Shown: positions 9,291-19,837, counted from the stretch's first letter. The stretch: DNA of 64,000 bases from Candidatus Latescibacterota bacterium (GCA_965248265.1 CBDFJF010000002.1:960001-1024000); one strand, 5' to 3'. Notes: generated by a model from the sequence alone, not told the origin. A program made the numbers and translations.

Positions 9291-10898
9291 CTACGGAGAT
9301 TGCATGACAGATCGCGGGTTGGCGTCAGTGTTTCCACCAATAGGCCATCCGAAGCCGGCGATGACCTCGAGCAGGGCCGGGTTGTCCGCTGACAGGGGTG
9401 GCAGGTAGGACCCAAGTTTTTGGCGTTTCCACCATCCGCCGGTGGCGAAGTCGGTGAATTCGTACTGGTAGAGGTCAGCACGGACGTAGGTCGGCTGTTC
9501 ACCTTGGAAGGGATCGGCTGCCAGCTGGCTGAGAACGCCCTGGTCCGCCAGCAGCAGCTTGTAGACCAGGTGCACGAGCCACGGTTGGCGAGAATAGTCG
9601 GACATAGCAGCAAACCAGATCTGCCAGTCAAGGCGATAGTGGTAAGGCGAAACGATACCGGGGCGTCGATCCGGGTTTCCGGGTTTGCCCTTGAATTCGT
9701 ACTCATGCCAATCGGACTCGCTGTCCGGAGCCGGGTCGGTCGTGCCAAGCAGAATGACCTCGCGGCGCACCTTGCCGACGCTGCCGAATGCGCCATATGA
9801 ATTGACCAGGTTGAGCGGGTCGAACGATGTATTCATGCGTTGTCGACTGGACCACATGTTGGCGATGGGGTCGATACTGAGCACGGCGATCACGGCGACG
9901 AGGGCGACTACAGTGACGCGCCGCGCATCCGAAGCCGGGACGGATGGCAGTGGACGATGACGTAGCGCTTGTGGTGCGATTCGCAGCAACAGGCCGTCGC
10001 TAAGACAGGGGATGCACAACACCAGCGTGATGTAGTTGAGCCACGAGAGATTGCCGCTGACGATGAGCATCAGCTGAAAGGCGATGATGAGGAGAGCGCC
10101 AGTGTGGCGGATATTTCTGGGGCCGAACAAGAGCCAGGGTGCGACCAATTCGACCATATGATTGAACAAGGCGCCTGCCTGGTGAAACAATTCCGGTGCT
10201 TGGTGCAGGTACCAGCTGAGCGGATTGGGGATGGGCTGGGTCTCGTAGTGGTAGAGCAGGCAGGTCAGATCGGTCCAGCAGGGATCGCCGCGGAGTTTGA
10301 TGAGGCCGGCCCCGAGCATGACCCGGAACAGGACCCAGCGCAGCAGCAGCAGGACCCAGCGGTCAGTCGTGCGGTTTTCCAGGCGCCATCCGCCCCTCAG
10401 CGGCGGGCACAGGAACAGTGCCAGGAAGCCGGTCTCCAGCAGTAGGGTCTCCCACCCGTAGGAATAGAACAGCTGGCCGGTGTGGACGAAGGAGGAGTAC
10501 AGCACCCATAGAGCGAACACCTGCAGGACGTTGGCGTGCCCGCACAGCAACAGCAGCGACAGCGCTAACCCGACCCAGGCCAGCGCCAGCATGAAGGCGT
10601 CACCGGAGTCGATCCACAGCAGGGTGGGGACCTGCAGGTAGGAAGGCCATCCACTGCCGACGCTGGTTTCCACCCGGCTCAAGAACAGGTGGACGGGCAG
10701 CAGGCCGTTGTGGCCCAGCAGTGGCCGCAGTTGCAGCACCAATCCGAGAAAGGCGACGCAGTAGACGAGACCGAGGGCGCGCAGAAAGGTGTAGCGCGTC
10801 AACACGTAGCTGGGCTGCGAGCCGTACCCGGGGATGTGGTCGCGTCGCAGGGATAGCTCACGCATGGTGCCGCCGAAATCAGGTCGTGGTGCCATCAC
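9291..10898 (-). CDS. Lipase maturation factor (LMF1) family membrane protein
   Basis: GWETLLLETGFL, GAGLIKLRGD, YHYETQPIPNP, SGNLSWLNYIT, YRLDWQIWFAA. Confidence 0.93.
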   Translation of the reverse strand: MMAPRPDFGGTMRELSLRRDHIPGYGSQPSYVLTRYTFLRALGLVYCVAFLGLVLQLRPLLGHNGLLPVHLFLSRVETSVGSGWPSYLQVPTLLWIDSGDAFMLALAWVGLALSLLLLCGHANVLQVFALWVLYSSFVHTGQLFYSYGWETLLLETGFLALFLCPPLRGGWRLENRTTDRWVLLLLRWVLFRVMLGAGLIKLRGDPCWTDLTCLLYHYETQPIPNPLSWYLHQAPELFHQAGALFNHMVELVAPWLLFGPRNIRHTGALLIIAFQLMLIVSGNLSWLNYITLVLCIPCLSDGLLLRIAPQALRHRPLPSVPASDARRVTVVALVAVIAVLSIDPIANMWSSRQRMNTSFDPLNLVNSYGAFGSVGKVRREVILLGTTDPAPDSESDWHEYEFKGKPGNPDRRPGIVSPYHYRLDWQIWFAAMSDYSRQPWLVHLVYKLLLADQGVLSQLAADPFQGEQPTYVRADLYQYEFTDFATGGWWKRQKLGSYLPPLSADNPALLEVIAGFGWPIGGNTDANPRSVMQSP

Positions 10899-10956
10899 TC
10901 CACCTTGGAACGGCTCATGCTGTGTAACAGGGTTGTCACCAGGTGGCCAACGGTTG

Positions 10957-11328
10957 TCAGGGCGCCTTGGGGTCGAGTTCCATCATGCCGAACTCGTTGC
11001 CTTCGGGATCGCGGCAATAGGCCAGGAAGCCGATGCCGGGAACGCTGGCACGCGAGCGGAATACCTGGCCGCCGTTGTCGGTGACGCGGATGAGGGCCTC
11101 GTCGAGGGAAGGGACTTCCACTATGTTGACCGGGCTGGAGGTAGCGGCGCTCTCCCGGTGAACCATGCCGCCATTGATCCCGGGTTGATCATCTTCCCCG
11201 GTGATGATTATCCAGTACTCCTGCGGACCGTCCCACCTTCTGAACTCCCAGCCGAAGGTGCTCTGGTAGAAGTTCACGGCGCGTTCGGGGTCGTCTGCGC
11301 ATATCTCGAAGTGCACGACTCGGGGCAT
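10957..11328 (-). CDS. VOC/glyoxalase family protein
   Basis: VVHFEI...DDPERAVNFY...GINGG...DPEGNEFG. Confidence 0.9.
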   Translation of the reverse strand: MPRVVHFEICADDPERAVNFYQSTFGWEFRRWDGPQEYWIIITGEDDQPGINGGMVHRESAATSSPVNIVEVPSLDEALIRVTDNGGQVFRSRASVPGIGFLAYCRDPEGNEFGMMELDPKAP

Positions 11329-11362
11329 CGTCGGCTCCAATCAACATCAAACGATTCTGCCA

Positions 11363-12721
11363 ATGACCTGTACGACGACAACGGGCGGCTGGCTGCGCCT
11401 TCTACTAGCGCGGGCAAGCCGACGAGCAACAACAGTACGACGATCACGGCCGAACCGCTACCAGAACAGGTGGGACACACTACCAGAATACCTCAAACTG
11501 CCACAGCAGTTGGCTGGAGTTGCGGCGGTGGCGTGCGGTGCCACGCACAGCATCATGGAAAAGTGCAACTTCGCCTGTACCAGCTGTTATCTGAGCGATG
11601 TGGCCAACTACACCAGGCCGCTGCCCTTCGAACAGGCGCAGGGGCAACTCGATGCACTTCGTGACCACCTCGGTCCCGGCGGCAAGTGTCAGATCACCTC
11701 GGGCGAAGTCACCTTGCTGGATCCGCATGAACTGGGTCGCATCATCGCCTACGCCAAACAGATCGGCCTCGACCCGATGGTGATGACGAACGGCCAGCGG
11801 CTTCTGCAGATTCCAGACTACCTGCCGACCCTGGTGGGTCGCTACGGACTCGAGAAGATCGGTTTCCACGTCGACGTGACCCAGAAGGGGCGTCCTGGAC
11901 TCACTGAGTCGACGCGCGAAGCAGATCTGCACGAGGTTCGCGACCGCTTCGCCGAGCTGATCCGGTCAACGAGAAGACAAACCGGCAAGCCGTTGCACGC
12001 CGGCAGCACGGTAACGGTGACGGAGCGCAACTATCGAGACATTCCAGATGTAGTCCGGTGGGTTCTCGACAACGCGGACAGCGTCAGGATCATCAGCTTT
12101 CTTCCGGCAGCGGAAGTGGGCCGCACCCAGGATCGCCGGATTCAACACCTTTCAATGGATGACGTGTGGGACAAGGTCTGCGAAGGTGTCGGCGTGAGGC
12201 TGAATCGCAACGCCATGCACTACGGTCATACCGAGTGCAACATAACTGTGCCCATCCTGCTGGTGACCGCCGGCGACCGGCATCGCGTGGTTGAAGTGGT
12301 GCGTGCGAGCAAGCGATGGGATCTGCGGGTGTTCAGCAGGGCGCTGAGAGAATTCAGCGAATGCGTCGATCTCAATCACAAGAATTGGCGCAACGTGGTA
12401 GCGGTGGTCATGCAGTTGATGGGGAAGCCATCGGCATTGGGCGAACTCATGCTGTACTCGCTGTACCGACTGTGGTCTGCCCGCAGTGCCGTGGCATCCT
12501 TCGTCTGGCACACTGTAACGCTCAGGCGCACGAGGGTGCGACCGCTATTGCTGGTCGTTCACCGCTTCATGAGCCCGGACGAACTGGACACGCCCCTGGG
12601 CAAGGAGCGCCTGCAAGCCTGCGTATTCAAGTTGCCCGTTGACGGCGAGATGGTGTCGATGTGCGAGATGAATGCGAAGCATCGTCTGAGTCTGAATCTG
12701 CGCTACACTTCCGATGAATGA
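11363..12721 (+). CDS. Radical SAM protein, function unknown
   Basis: CxxxCxxC (CNFACTSC), SGE, MTNG; extra cysteines in GHTECN and ERLQAC...SMCEMN. Confidence 0.85.
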   Translation: MTCTTTTGGWLRLLLARASRRATTVRRSRPNRYQNRWDTLPEYLKLPQQLAGVAAVACGATHSIMEKCNFACTSCYLSDVANYTRPLPFEQAQGQLDALRDHLGPGGKCQITSGEVTLLDPHELGRIIAYAKQIGLDPMVMTNGQRLLQIPDYLPTLVGRYGLEKIGFHVDVTQKGRPGLTESTREADLHEVRDRFAELIRSTRRQTGKPLHAGSTVTVTERNYRDIPDVVRWVLDNADSVRIISFLPAAEVGRTQDRRIQHLSMDDVWDKVCEGVGVRLNRNAMHYGHTECNITVPILLVTAGDRHRVVEVVRASKRWDLRVFSRALREFSECVDLNHKNWRNVVAVVMQLMGKPSALGELMLYSLYRLWSARSAVASFVWHTVTLRRTRVRPLLLVVHRFMSPDELDTPLGKERLQACVFKLPVDGEMVSMCEMNAKHRLSLNLRYTSDE

Positions 12722-12904
12722 GCAGGGCTTCTGTCTAACAGATAGCTAACAAACAGTGAGAAACGACGCCGACATCGAGAGCAAGCTGTAGGTTCTTCCC
12801 ATATGGGCAAAAAGTGTCAGAAATGGTTTCAGTCAGTAGTGACACGGGTACATCAATGAGGTGTCAACTGAATGCAATTCGTTCTCCTCCGGGTCTATAG
12901 ATAA

Positions 12905-13315
12905 TTGTACAGCGGAACAGCGGTGGTGAAGAGGGTTCGGATACGCCTCAACTACGTTGCTCCAGAGCGACAGGACGCCTTTCTCCGCCATCTCCGGGCA
13001 TCACGGCTGAACGTCACTGCGGCTTGCAGAGCGACCGGTCTGGCCGGTACAGCAGGGATCTATCTACAGCGAAAATTTGACCTGTCGTTTCGTCAGCGCT
13101 GGGGAGAAGTAGAGGCGGAAGTTCTTGATCACCTCGAAGAACATCAGTTCAAAGCCGCCCAGAACGATTCTACGGACCGCCGATTCACCCTGACCCGTAG
13201 ACGCGGTGAGCGCTGGTCACGCCCTCAGGTGGTCAATTTGGAAGCCAGAGCAGAATCCTCGGTCAGGCACATGAGTGACCAGGAACTGAAAGCGATCATC
13301 GAAGGGCAGAAATAG
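12905..13315 (+). CDS. Phage terminase small subunit-like HTH protein (orphan)
   Basis: AFLRHL...NVTAACRATG...F...W.E.EAEVLDHLE...MSDQELKAII resembles TerS proteins; start uncertain; AT-richer flanks. Confidence 0.6.
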   Translation: MYSGTAVVKRVRIRLNYVAPERQDAFLRHLRASRLNVTAACRATGLAGTAGIYLQRKFDLSFRQRWGEVEAEVLDHLEEHQFKAAQNDSTDRRFTLTRRRGERWSRPQVVNLEARAESSVRHMSDQELKAIIEGQK

Positions 13316-13898
13316 AGTGAAAGCCGAACGAAATTGAGGCAGGGCTTGAATCGGGGATGGGGAAGGGTCTCTGAGGTAGGGAGGCCGTCCCCACTCCCGC
13401 AGCCAAACTACCGGTAATCTGATTTATCGGTACTCAACCATCCTGTGTATCCAATCCGGGGTGGCCCCCTTTGAGAGTCCCTGGTCGGCAGGCGGAAAGG
13501 CTCCTATCGAAATTCAGGCGGCAAAAAGTACTGGCGCGCACTGCAGGAAAGGAAGAGCGACGCTCCGGCTTCGCTAGTCTTATAATTCCAACCTCGCCTA
13601 GGTATCCAGATGTTTGTACCGGTACCGTTTTGCCAATCACCCGTTATAGGTAGTCAAAGCCTCCTGTGGTCCGGGGTCTGCCCCCCCTCCAGGAGTCCCG
13701 GCGGATTATGCGGGAGACACTCCCCGCCGAGCAGTTCCCCCGTAAAAATCACCGTCAGACTACCGGTAATTGCTCCTTATCGTGCCCAACCGTTCCCGCA
13801 GTTTCCCCGCTCCAGTGTGATCACGTGAGCATCAGCGTCGACTGAACCAGCGAGATATCACGCCCGCTAACCGTCACAGTCACGACGTCCGCGGCGAC

Positions 13899-15254
13899 TC
13901 ACTTGCGCGTGTTGGCGAAGCGTCGCTCCGGTGTGGTGGGGGCCAGGTCGACGAGTCGGTTTGGGCCGTCAGCCTGTTTCAGTAGCTCGAAGGCGTCGTA
14001 GAGTTCTCCCGTGGCGGTGACGGCCCGGTAGCGCAATGTGTCGGTGTCGATGGTGACCAGCTGATAGAGCTGCGTGTTCTCGGCGCCCCGGTCCATCCAG
14101 CGATCCTCGGTCAGTTCATACATCTTGGGACCGCTGACGGAGACGACGTACATGGTGCCGCTCGAATCGTGCACAGCGGCTCCCGTGGGCAGATTGCGGC
14201 CGCGGCCGTAGGAGTGGTCGTGCCCCTGTAGTACGAGGTCAACGCCGTATTCGTCGTAGCGCGGCTTGAAGAGCTCTCGCAGGGCTTGGTTGTCGCGGCC
14301 CTTCGCCGAGGAGAACAGCGGGTAATGGTGCGTTACCACCGTCCACCGGTTCGGATTCGTTTGGAGTACGCCGTCCAGCCATTTCGCCTGTTCACCGAGA
14401 CGTTCGTTCGAGTTGAGGACGACGAAACGCACGCCTTGCACATCCAGCCAGTAGACGGATTCCTCGAGTCCGGGTGGGCCGTTTTCCGGCAGGGCGAACG
14501 TCGGCCGCCAGTGATGGGAAAGCCGCCGTTCATCGTCGACCGTCGAGTACTCGTGATTGCCGGCCACGGGAATGGCCGGCATCATGGCGTGGATGAAGCT
14601 CCCCGCGGCGAACCATTCGCCCCACTCCCGGTCGCTCTCGGCGCGGTTGACGAGGTCACCGGCGTGCAGCATTAGGTGGGCCCGTGGAGCCTCGCTGTAC
14701 GCCGCGCGGATCGTTCGTGACCAAAGCGAGAGAATCGAGTTCTGCGCGTCCCCGAAGTAGATGAAGGTGAAGGGTTCGGCCTGCCGACTTGCGGAGCGGA
14801 AGTGGAACCACTCGCTCCACGTCGAGTAGCCGTCGCCGACGCGGTAGGCGTATAGAGTCGCTGGCTCGAGGTCTGTGAATTCGACTTCGTGATAGCGCGC
14901 GGGACCGCTGTCAGCCCTCAGGATGTGGGAGGCGGAGGGCAAACGCCGCGCCGAATTGGCAAACTCTGGCGAGGCATCGGCCAGGGCGATTTCGGCGAAT
15001 CCACTGTCAGCGGCCGCGGCCGTGCGCCAGCTGACGGCCTGCGTCGTGGCCGGATCGGAGCGCCAGGTCAGACAGATGCGGTCCGGGCGCGTGCCGGGAG
15101 CACTCTCGGCGTCGATACCCGAGTCGCAGCCTGCCCAGCACACGCCCATGCAGACGAGTGCGGCCAAGAGTAGATGTGCCCGTAAGGGCTTTGAATCGCT
15201 CGTTTCCCGGCTTTCAAGATTCAGCGTTCGCGCAATTCTCAGGACCTGTATCAT
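13899..15254 (-). CDS. Purple acid phosphatase-like metallophosphoesterase with N-terminal FN3-like domain
   Basis: GDAQ, HAGDLV, GNHE, HHYP, GHDHSY motifs; lipoprotein-like signal LVCMGVCWAGC; start uncertain. Confidence 0.88.
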   Translation of the reverse strand: MIQVLRIARTLNLESRETSDSKPLRAHLLLAALVCMGVCWAGCDSGIDAESAPGTRPDRICLTWRSDPATTQAVSWRTAAAADSGFAEIALADASPEFANSARRLPSASHILRADSGPARYHEVEFTDLEPATLYAYRVGDGYSTWSEWFHFRSASRQAEPFTFIYFGDAQNSILSLWSRTIRAAYSEAPRAHLMLHAGDLVNRAESDREWGEWFAAGSFIHAMMPAIPVAGNHEYSTVDDERRLSHHWRPTFALPENGPPGLEESVYWLDVQGVRFVVLNSNERLGEQAKWLDGVLQTNPNRWTVVTHHYPLFSSAKGRDNQALRELFKPRYDEYGVDLVLQGHDHSYGRGRNLPTGAAVHDSSGTMYVVSVSGPKMYELTEDRWMDRGAENTQLYQLVTIDTDTLRYRAVTATGELYDAFELLKQADGPNRLVDLAPTTPERRFANTRK

Positions 15255-15566
15255 ACTGCTCAGCCTCCGAATATTGAGTCGGACATCTGCCGCCGAATCT
15301 TCAGCACCTCGCATCGTTTTCTGCTCGACCGCACCCCGAATAGTACTCCAAGAAGCCCTTACAAACACGTTCTGCTACACAATCGCCCCACCGGTCGGCC
15401 TCGCGGCGGAACTCACTCGGGTCACAGTCGTCGTCACCCTGGGACAGACCTCTGTCGGCGCCGCACGGCGCGTGCCCGCTTTGCCTCACCGATTCACAGA
15501 ATTCTCCCTGGATTCTTGTACCGGCTGTGATGTTCTATCAGTTAGGGTTATCCGAAAGGTTTCTTC

Positions 15567-15686
15567 ATGACAGCTCAGTCTGACAGTAGGAGACCAAATT
15601 TCCTCATCATCATGTCGGACCAGCATGCTCCGGAAACCCAGCGAATAAAACAATCGCTTGAGTATCGGCGTGGGTTGCCGCGGTGA
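15567..15686 (+). pseudogene. Truncated sulfatase N-terminus (39 codons)
   Basis: GAAAGG RBS, then MTAQSDSRRPNFLIIMSDQHAP (sulfatase PNxxxxxxDQ start), diverging to a stop before any CxPxR motif. Confidence 0.65.
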
Positions 15687-15784
15687 CCACGACGCTCCGA
15701 GTGTCGACAACGAGGTGATTGCCCCAGTTTTTTCTGCTGCGTGCATGATGCAGAAGATCATCGAGGCCATTCGAGACAGCGGTT

Positions 15785-16642
15785 CTAGTCCGCCACTCCC
15801 AGAGCCTGGTCGTTCAACCCCCAATCATACGGCATGGCGTTGATCTCGTAGTCGACAGCCCGGTCGAGCTCCGCGACCCGATCCTCTGCCAGGTACAGCC
15901 GCAGGTAGTTCACAAGAGTGGGGTTCTCCTCAGGGTATTTTCCCCGGTACCACGCCAGGTAGTCCTCTTCATACCAGGTAAAAATGGACGACAGGTGCAG
16001 AACCTGCTGCTCATGGTCAAAGCGCAGGTTGCGCGGCTCGTTGACGAATTTACGGGCCTCTGTCTCCAGCTGTTGTTCGAGGTCGTCGCCGGAGAAGGCG
16101 CGTCGTGGCAGTCGGGGGCAGCCGTTGGAGGCGCAGTTGATGGCAAAGTGGATCCGCGGCTCCGGGAAGCGTCCGCGGATGACGTCCTCTTCGAGGTCGT
16201 AGAGATTGTAAGATTCACCGCCGAACACGAGCTTGCGGAAGTAGAAGAAGCCGCTCTTATCTGGCGCGAAAAAGAGGACTCGGGGGGCTTTGACCTCACT
16301 GACGCTGGTGATCGGGTACTCCGAGAGGATGGCCGTCAGCGTCGCGGCGTTGTAGGCGTTGATCCAGTAGGCGAGTCGCTCGTGCTCGCTCGGGAAAAGT
16401 TCAGGGTGACTGTCCGGGCTGTAGGTTGCTACCAGCCGGTAGTAGGTATCCAGCTTGACGGGATCGGCCTGCAGCCCTTTGTAATCCACTCGGCCGTTGT
16501 CGTCGACATACTGGTGCTGTACCTGGTCAAGTAACTCATGGGAGAACGGGTCGGGTGTTTCGGCGGCAGGGACATCGCTCGCAGGTTCGATGGTCTTGAA
16601 AATCGTCAGGAAGGCGATGCCGAGGGTCATGAGCATGGGCAT
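15785..16642 (-). CDS. DUF547 domain exported protein
   Basis: GRVDYKGL, LAYWINAYNA, EPRIHFAINCASNGCPRL, LSSIFTWY, YDWGLN. Confidence 0.92.
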   Translation of the reverse strand: MPMLMTLGIAFLTIFKTIEPASDVPAAETPDPFSHELLDQVQHQYVDDNGRVDYKGLQADPVKLDTYYRLVATYSPDSHPELFPSEHERLAYWINAYNAATLTAILSEYPITSVSEVKAPRVLFFAPDKSGFFYFRKLVFGGESYNLYDLEEDVIRGRFPEPRIHFAINCASNGCPRLPRRAFSGDDLEQQLETEARKFVNEPRNLRFDHEQQVLHLSSIFTWYEEDYLAWYRGKYPEENPTLVNYLRLYLAEDRVAELDRAVDYEINAMPYDWGLNDQALGVAD

Positions 16643-16679
16643 GGTTGTTCAGTTTGATGCCGGCGCCGGAACGTTGGAT

Positions 16680-17453
16680 TCAGTCCATCGGGTATAGGCT
16701 GCATCCGCCATCCACGACGAGGACGGAGCCGGTCATATAATCGGCCATGGACGAGCACAGAAAGACGAAGGCGTCGGCGACGGACTCGGGCGGTTGCATG
16801 TCACCGAGTGGGATCGCCTTTGAGGCTCGAGCTCGATAGGAGGGATCGGTGTCCCACTGGCGCTTGGCGAGGCCGACGGCGACAATGCCCGGAGCCACCG
16901 CATTGGCGCGAATTTTTGGTGCCAGCTCGCGGGCGAAGCCGCGCATCATCGTTTTCAGAGCCGCCTTACTCGATGTGTAGGGAGTGATCTCTGGCCAGGG
17001 CACGTCCTGGACCCATGAGGTGGTGAATATGAGATGGCCCGGTATGCCACGGTTGATCCACCGTTTACAGGCTTCCTGGGCTACCACGAAGGCGCTGCGG
17101 ACGTTGACGTTGTAGAGCTTGTCGAAGCCTTCGATCGGGTAGTCCTCCACCGGATGAGCATCAACCATGCCGGCGTGGCAGCAGACGATATCGGGAATGC
17201 GGAGCTCGTCCTCAACTTTGTCAAACAGCCGTTTCACCTCCTCCGGCTCAGAAGCGTCGGCCTGGAAATAGCCGGTGTGATCGCCCGTTGCCTCGGCAAA
17301 GAGCAGGCTCAGGGCCGCCTCTTGCTGGCTGACGATGTCGTTGACGGCGACGCGGGCGCCGTGACGCAGCAGATGGTGGACGATTACCCGGCCGATGGCG
17401 CCGGCTCCGCCAGTGATGAGGACGGTCTTCTGACTCAGGTCCAGGGGGTCCAT
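16680..17453 (-). CDS. SDR family oxidoreductase
   Basis: TGGAGAIG, YTSSK (YxxxK), NAVAPG, YMTGSVLVVDGG; start ATG 17453. Confidence 0.9.
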   Translation of the reverse strand: MDPLDLSQKTVLITGGAGAIGRVIVHHLLRHGARVAVNDIVSQQEAALSLLFAEATGDHTGYFQADASEPEEVKRLFDKVEDELRIPDIVCCHAGMVDAHPVEDYPIEGFDKLYNVNVRSAFVVAQEACKRWINRGIPGHLIFTTSWVQDVPWPEITPYTSSKAALKTMMRGFARELAPKIRANAVAPGIVAVGLAKRQWDTDPSYRARASKAIPLGDMQPPESVADAFVFLCSSMADYMTGSVLVVDGGCSLYPMD

Positions 17454-17567
17454 GGTGCCTTCTCCTTTCGCGAGTCGAGGGAGGTAACACGTTGCGTCGG
17501 CGCCTGAAAAGATATTACTTCGGCGACTCTCAAGCACACCAAATTCTCAAGCACGGAACGGACCGAC

Positions 17568-17969
17568 ATGATCATCCGAACGCAAAAAGAAGCGCCGCGG
17601 TTTCAGGGGGATGGCACGATCTCCTATCTGCTGGTGTCGCCATGGACCGGCGGCTCCAGCCAGTTGACAACGTCTTTGGTTGAAATGGAGCCGGGGGGAT
17701 CGCAACGAGCTCATCGGCATGAGCCGGAGCAGATATACTACTTCATCTCGGGTACCGGCATGATGAGCGTGGAGGACGAAACGTGGGAGGTGACGGAGGG
17801 AGATTGCGTCCTGGTACCTGCCAATAGCACACACAGCATCCGCAATGATTCCGACGATGTCGGCCTGCGCTACTTTGGCGCTGCTGCTCCCGCTTTTTCC
17901 GTCGATCAGCTCAAGGTGCTGTGGCCGTTGCCGAGCGAGGAGCAAGCTGGCGAGGATCAGGCACCGTAG
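17568..17969 (+). CDS. Cupin domain protein
   Basis: PGG...[15 protein letters not shown]...[16 protein letters not shown]. Confidence 0.88.
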   Translation: MIIRTQKEAPRFQGDGTISYLLVSPWTGGSSQLTTSLVEMEPGGSQRAHRHEPEQIYYFISGTGMMSVEDETWEVTEGDCVLVPANSTHSIRNDSDDVGLRYFGAAAPAFSVDQLKVLWPLPSEEQAGEDQAP

Positions 17970-18028
17970 ACGACCTTGACCCTGGCGGCGAGGGGTGCGA
18001 AGGTACCTCCCAGGAGGATGACTCGGTT

Positions 18029-18685
18029 ATGAGCAAGAAAGCGCTCATCGTGTGGGGCGGTTGGGACGGCCATGAGCCCGAAGCCTGCACGAAGATTTTC
18101 GCCCCGATTCTGGAGCAGGACGGGTTCGAGGTCACGGTTTCCGATTCGATGGACAGCTACACGGACGAGGACTTGATGGCGTCCCTGGACGTGGTGGTGC
18201 CGATCTGGACCATGGGCACCATCGAGAACGAACAGGCGGACGGGTTGTTGAAGGCGATCGAGAGCGGGGTCGGTGTAGCCGGCTGGCACGGGGGCATGGC
18301 CGACTCGTTTCGCAACAACACACAATACCAGTTCATGGTAGGCGGGCAATGGGTGGCGCATCCGGACGGGGTCATCGACTACCGCGTCAACATCGCCGCG
18401 CACGACGACCCGATTGTTCTAGGATTGAACGACTTCGACATGCATTCGGAACAGTACTACATGCATGTCGATCCGGGCAACGAGGTGCTGGTGACGACGA
18501 CCTTCGAAGGCCGGCAAAGTGCGCCGTGGATCAACGGGGCCGTGATGCCGGTTGTGTGGAAGCGGGTATGGGGCAAGGGACGGGTATTCTACTCGTCGCT
18601 GGGCCATGTGGCTGCCGATTTCGATGTTCCGGAAGCTCGGGAGATTCAACGACGCGGTACGCTCTGGGCGGCCGGTGTCGCCTGA
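18029..18685 (+). CDS. ThuA (trehalose utilisation)-like domain protein
   Basis: [48 protein letters not shown]; start ATG 18029 after AGGAGG. Confidence 0.88.
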   Translation: MSKKALIVWGGWDGHEPEACTKIFAPILEQDGFEVTVSDSMDSYTDEDLMASLDVVVPIWTMGTIENEQADGLLKAIESGVGVAGWHGGMADSFRNNTQYQFMVGGQWVAHPDGVIDYRVNIAAHDDPIVLGLNDFDMHSEQYYMHVDPGNEVLVTTTFEGRQSAPWINGAVMPVVWKRVWGKGRVFYSSLGHVAADFDVPEAREIQRRGTLWAAGVA

Positions 18686-18737
18686 GATGACGGTGCTGGA
18701 CGGTGCTGGGCGATTTCACCATGGATGACTAGGGCCT

Positions 18738-18956
18738 ATGGATTTCACACACACCATCAAAAAACTGCAAGACGAAGGGGTCCACCGGGTCAGTGATGCG
18801 GTCGGCGACCTGAACGCACCGTGGATGACCCGCCGTAAGCGGCGTTCGCGCAAATTGAAAAGGGGTCTCATCGTCGCCGGTTTTCTGTTCGGGCTGGCGA
18901 CGATTGCCGCCCTGCTGGTCTACGCCATCGTCAACGAATCGTGGCGCACGGACTGA
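18738..18956 (+). CDS. Small membrane hypothetical protein
   Basis: Basic patch followed by one TM helix; co-oriented with neighbours. Confidence 0.55.
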   Translation: MDFTHTIKKLQDEGVHRVSDAVGDLNAPWMTRRKRRSRKLKRGLIVAGFLFGLATIAALLVYAIVNESWRTD

Positions 18957-18966
18957 TTGAGCGGGG

Positions 18967-19689
18967 ATGTCGAGGAAGCGCGTACTGATTACCGGTGCCG
19001 CGGGCAGGATCGGTAAAGCCTGTGCACGCGATCTGCGGGAACGCTATGATCTGCGCCTGATGTACCACCGCACCCCTCTTGAAGAGGATTTCGGCCATGA
19101 GGTCGTTCAGGGGGCAGCGAGCGATCTGGCGCGCATGGAGGAGATCGTCGATGGCATGGACGCCATCGTTCACATGGCCGGCGATCCCCGCGTCGGCGCG
19201 CCATGGGAGTCGATCCTGGAATCAAACATCGTCGGTCTGTACTGCCTGTACGAGGCAGCGCGCCGTCGACAGGTTCCCCGCATCGTCTTCGCCAGTTCCA
19301 ACCATGCAACCGGGTTTTACGAACAGGAGGGCACTTTCACGACGGTGGCCATGCCGGCGCGGCCGGACAGCTATTACGGTGTAAGCAAGGCGTTCGGCGA
19401 GGACCTGGGCCGCTACTACCACGACCAGCACGGCATGGAGATCATTTGTCTGCGCATCGGATCGTTTCAACCGGACGAGGCTGTGACCACACGCGACAAT
19501 GATCGCATCCTGTCCACATGGCTCAGCCACCGGGACTGCGTGCAACTGGTATGGCGCAGCATCGAATCGACGACGAAATACGGCATCTACTACGGCATAT
19601 CTGGGAACAAGCGCGCTTACTGGGACATCAGCAATGCCCGTGCGGAGCTTGGTTACGAGCCGGAGGATGATGCCGAGCGTCTGGTGTGA
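18967..19689 (+). CDS. NAD-dependent epimerase/dehydrogenase, uronate dehydrogenase-like
   Basis: TGAAGRIG, FASSNHATG, YGVSK, LRIGS, TWLSHRD. Confidence 0.85.
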   Translation: MSRKRVLITGAAGRIGKACARDLRERYDLRLMYHRTPLEEDFGHEVVQGAASDLARMEEIVDGMDAIVHMAGDPRVGAPWESILESNIVGLYCLYEAARRRQVPRIVFASSNHATGFYEQEGTFTTVAMPARPDSYYGVSKAFGEDLGRYYHDQHGMEIICLRIGSFQPDEAVTTRDNDRILSTWLSHRDCVQLVWRSIESTTKYGIYYGISGNKRAYWDISNARAELGYEPEDDAERLV

Positions 19690-19837
19690 GCATCTGCGGC
19701 TTGACGCCGCGATGACCCTTCTTAGGGACCTATTTTTTTAACAGTTGAATTGCCGGCGTCGCCGCCTATCTTACTAAAGCTCCCGTAGATCGAAACACCC
19801 TACACAACCTCAAATACATGCAAAAACCGGACTAAAC

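Noticed and set aside
15684-15686. TGA ending the sulfatase stub as possible Sec
   Set aside because: Similarity is lost before the TGA and readthrough gives no sulfatase sequence
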